Assembly (NCBI GenBank): GCA_013265495.1
Contig: MU058241.1
Coordinates: 434,001-498,000, forward strand
DNA length: 64,000 nt
From: Vicugna vicugna
Lineage: Eukaryota
Reading direction: 5' to 3'
The notes under the pieces were generated by a model, which was given only the letters and a program-made list of their open reading frames with translations, was not told the DNA's origin and searched no databases. Each line of letters starts with the position of its first letter. Positions within the stretch are counted from its first letter, which is position 1. Below are positions 62,853 to 64,000 of this stretch, piece by piece. The translations under genes were made by a program, and so were the position numbers.

Positions 62853-64000
62853 CATGTTCTTGTTGTGTATCTAACACAAGAACAAATGAATGAATGCTAT
62901 TATCAAGGAGGGGTATGTGGGATACCCATAATGAGGAATGTAGAGGGGTGCCCAGCCTCATAATAGCCTAGTATCGTATCTGTGCTGTAAAAGGTTATGG
63001 CTTATGAATGGCAAATAGCAGAAGTTGAGAGGAGGAAGGCATTAATTCTGCCTTTGGAGGGGTATGGAGGCAGTCCATGATGCCAACAGAGGACTGAGTT
63101 TGAACGGTGAATAGAAGGAAGTTCAACAGGGAGAAAAGGGAGGGCGGGGCACCTTTCCAGGAAGAGCAAATGCGTGGAAACCTGAGTGTGCGTGGCTTGC
63201 TCAGGGAACAGTGAGGTGTCTGTCATGGCTCAAGCCTAAGATTCGCCAAAGGGAGTGGCTCCATAGGGAATACAATTGTAGGGTATAATCAGAATTTAAT
63301 TTTCCTAGGCCTTCATCCTTTTTATTCAGTAGAAAGCTGTTATACTGAATGAAGGGAGAGCCTAGATTTAGTGAGCCCATTAGAGACTGGGGATGTCATT
63401 CAAACAAGATGTGACTGGTTTCTTGAGTGTGGGGACTCTTTGGGGGACAAAGACATTGTAGGGGCAAACATGATGGAGATAGAATGAACCACACCATGCA
63501 ACCTGTGATTGATGGTGTGGAGCAGAGGGAGGGGTCCAAGTTGACAGAAGTTTCTCTCTTACTCCAGAATACTTCTGCCCTTCATTCACCTCTATATCTG
63601 CACCACCCCAGGAGCCTCGGTTAATTACAGTGAGAATACCAGGGATTTGGAGTCACCAAGAGCCACTGGTTATTTTTCCGATCTGAGTGTTTTGAGAAAA
63701 TACTGTTTATAGTTTTGCCAAAATCTTAACCCAATGCAATAATGTCCCATGAATGATTGGAAGATTTTTAACGGGGTGGAGAGGGGATCGTGCATAAAAC
63801 AGAGCAAAAAAGAGTTCACATTTTGATTCCAGAATTAATTGTAGAAGCCCCAGATAATTATTGACAGCTGAGGCACCTTTTCCTCTAGAAGATGGTTATA
63901 TTATTGCTGCAGCATATATCATGTGATTTATTTCATTCTGAAAAGAAATGAGATCTCAGGTGTCCTCAAGAGTACAGGATTAGAGATGGTCCTTGCCAGG

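Noticed and set aside
1..64000. Prokaryotic-type systems (CRISPR arrays, operons, defence islands)
   Set aside because: The sequence is CpG-depleted mammalian DNA full of eutherian repeats, with no repeat-spacer arrays or gene-dense ORFs.

Overview
This is mammalian non-coding DNA, most likely camelid (alpaca/llama/camel), judged from three copies of a short tRNA-Ala-derived SINE resembling camelid Vic-1. It looks like the interior of a large intron or an intergenic region. No protein-coding gene, tRNA, rRNA or CRISPR array can be supported, and the ORFs in the track are chance ORFs or L1 ORF2 remnants. Much of the window is fossil transposons: L1 of several ages, L2, L3/CR1, MIR, MaLR/ERVL/ERV1 LTRs, and hAT and Tigger DNA elements. 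Family names come from recalled consensus similarity, not a database search. The most striking structure is a ~1.1 kb inverted repeat with no recognisable transposon origin (8279-9423 vs 19878-21004) enclosing a 10.45 kb spacer. Its arms show stepped identity: about 70-75% at the outer edge, about 85-90% in the flanks, and a 331-bp GC-rich core that is 100% identical. This pattern suggests an old inverted duplication still being homogenised by arm-to-arm gene conversion, possibly a recurrently flipping inversion or a long-range RNA duplex. The spacer carries an orientation-dependent CTCF motif, a perfect CRE and a candidate micro-exon. Lesser findings are a chimeric MLT2/MLT1 LTR, a CTCF site with its upstream module, candidate cassette exons and an ETS/C-EBP/AP-1 motif cluster.
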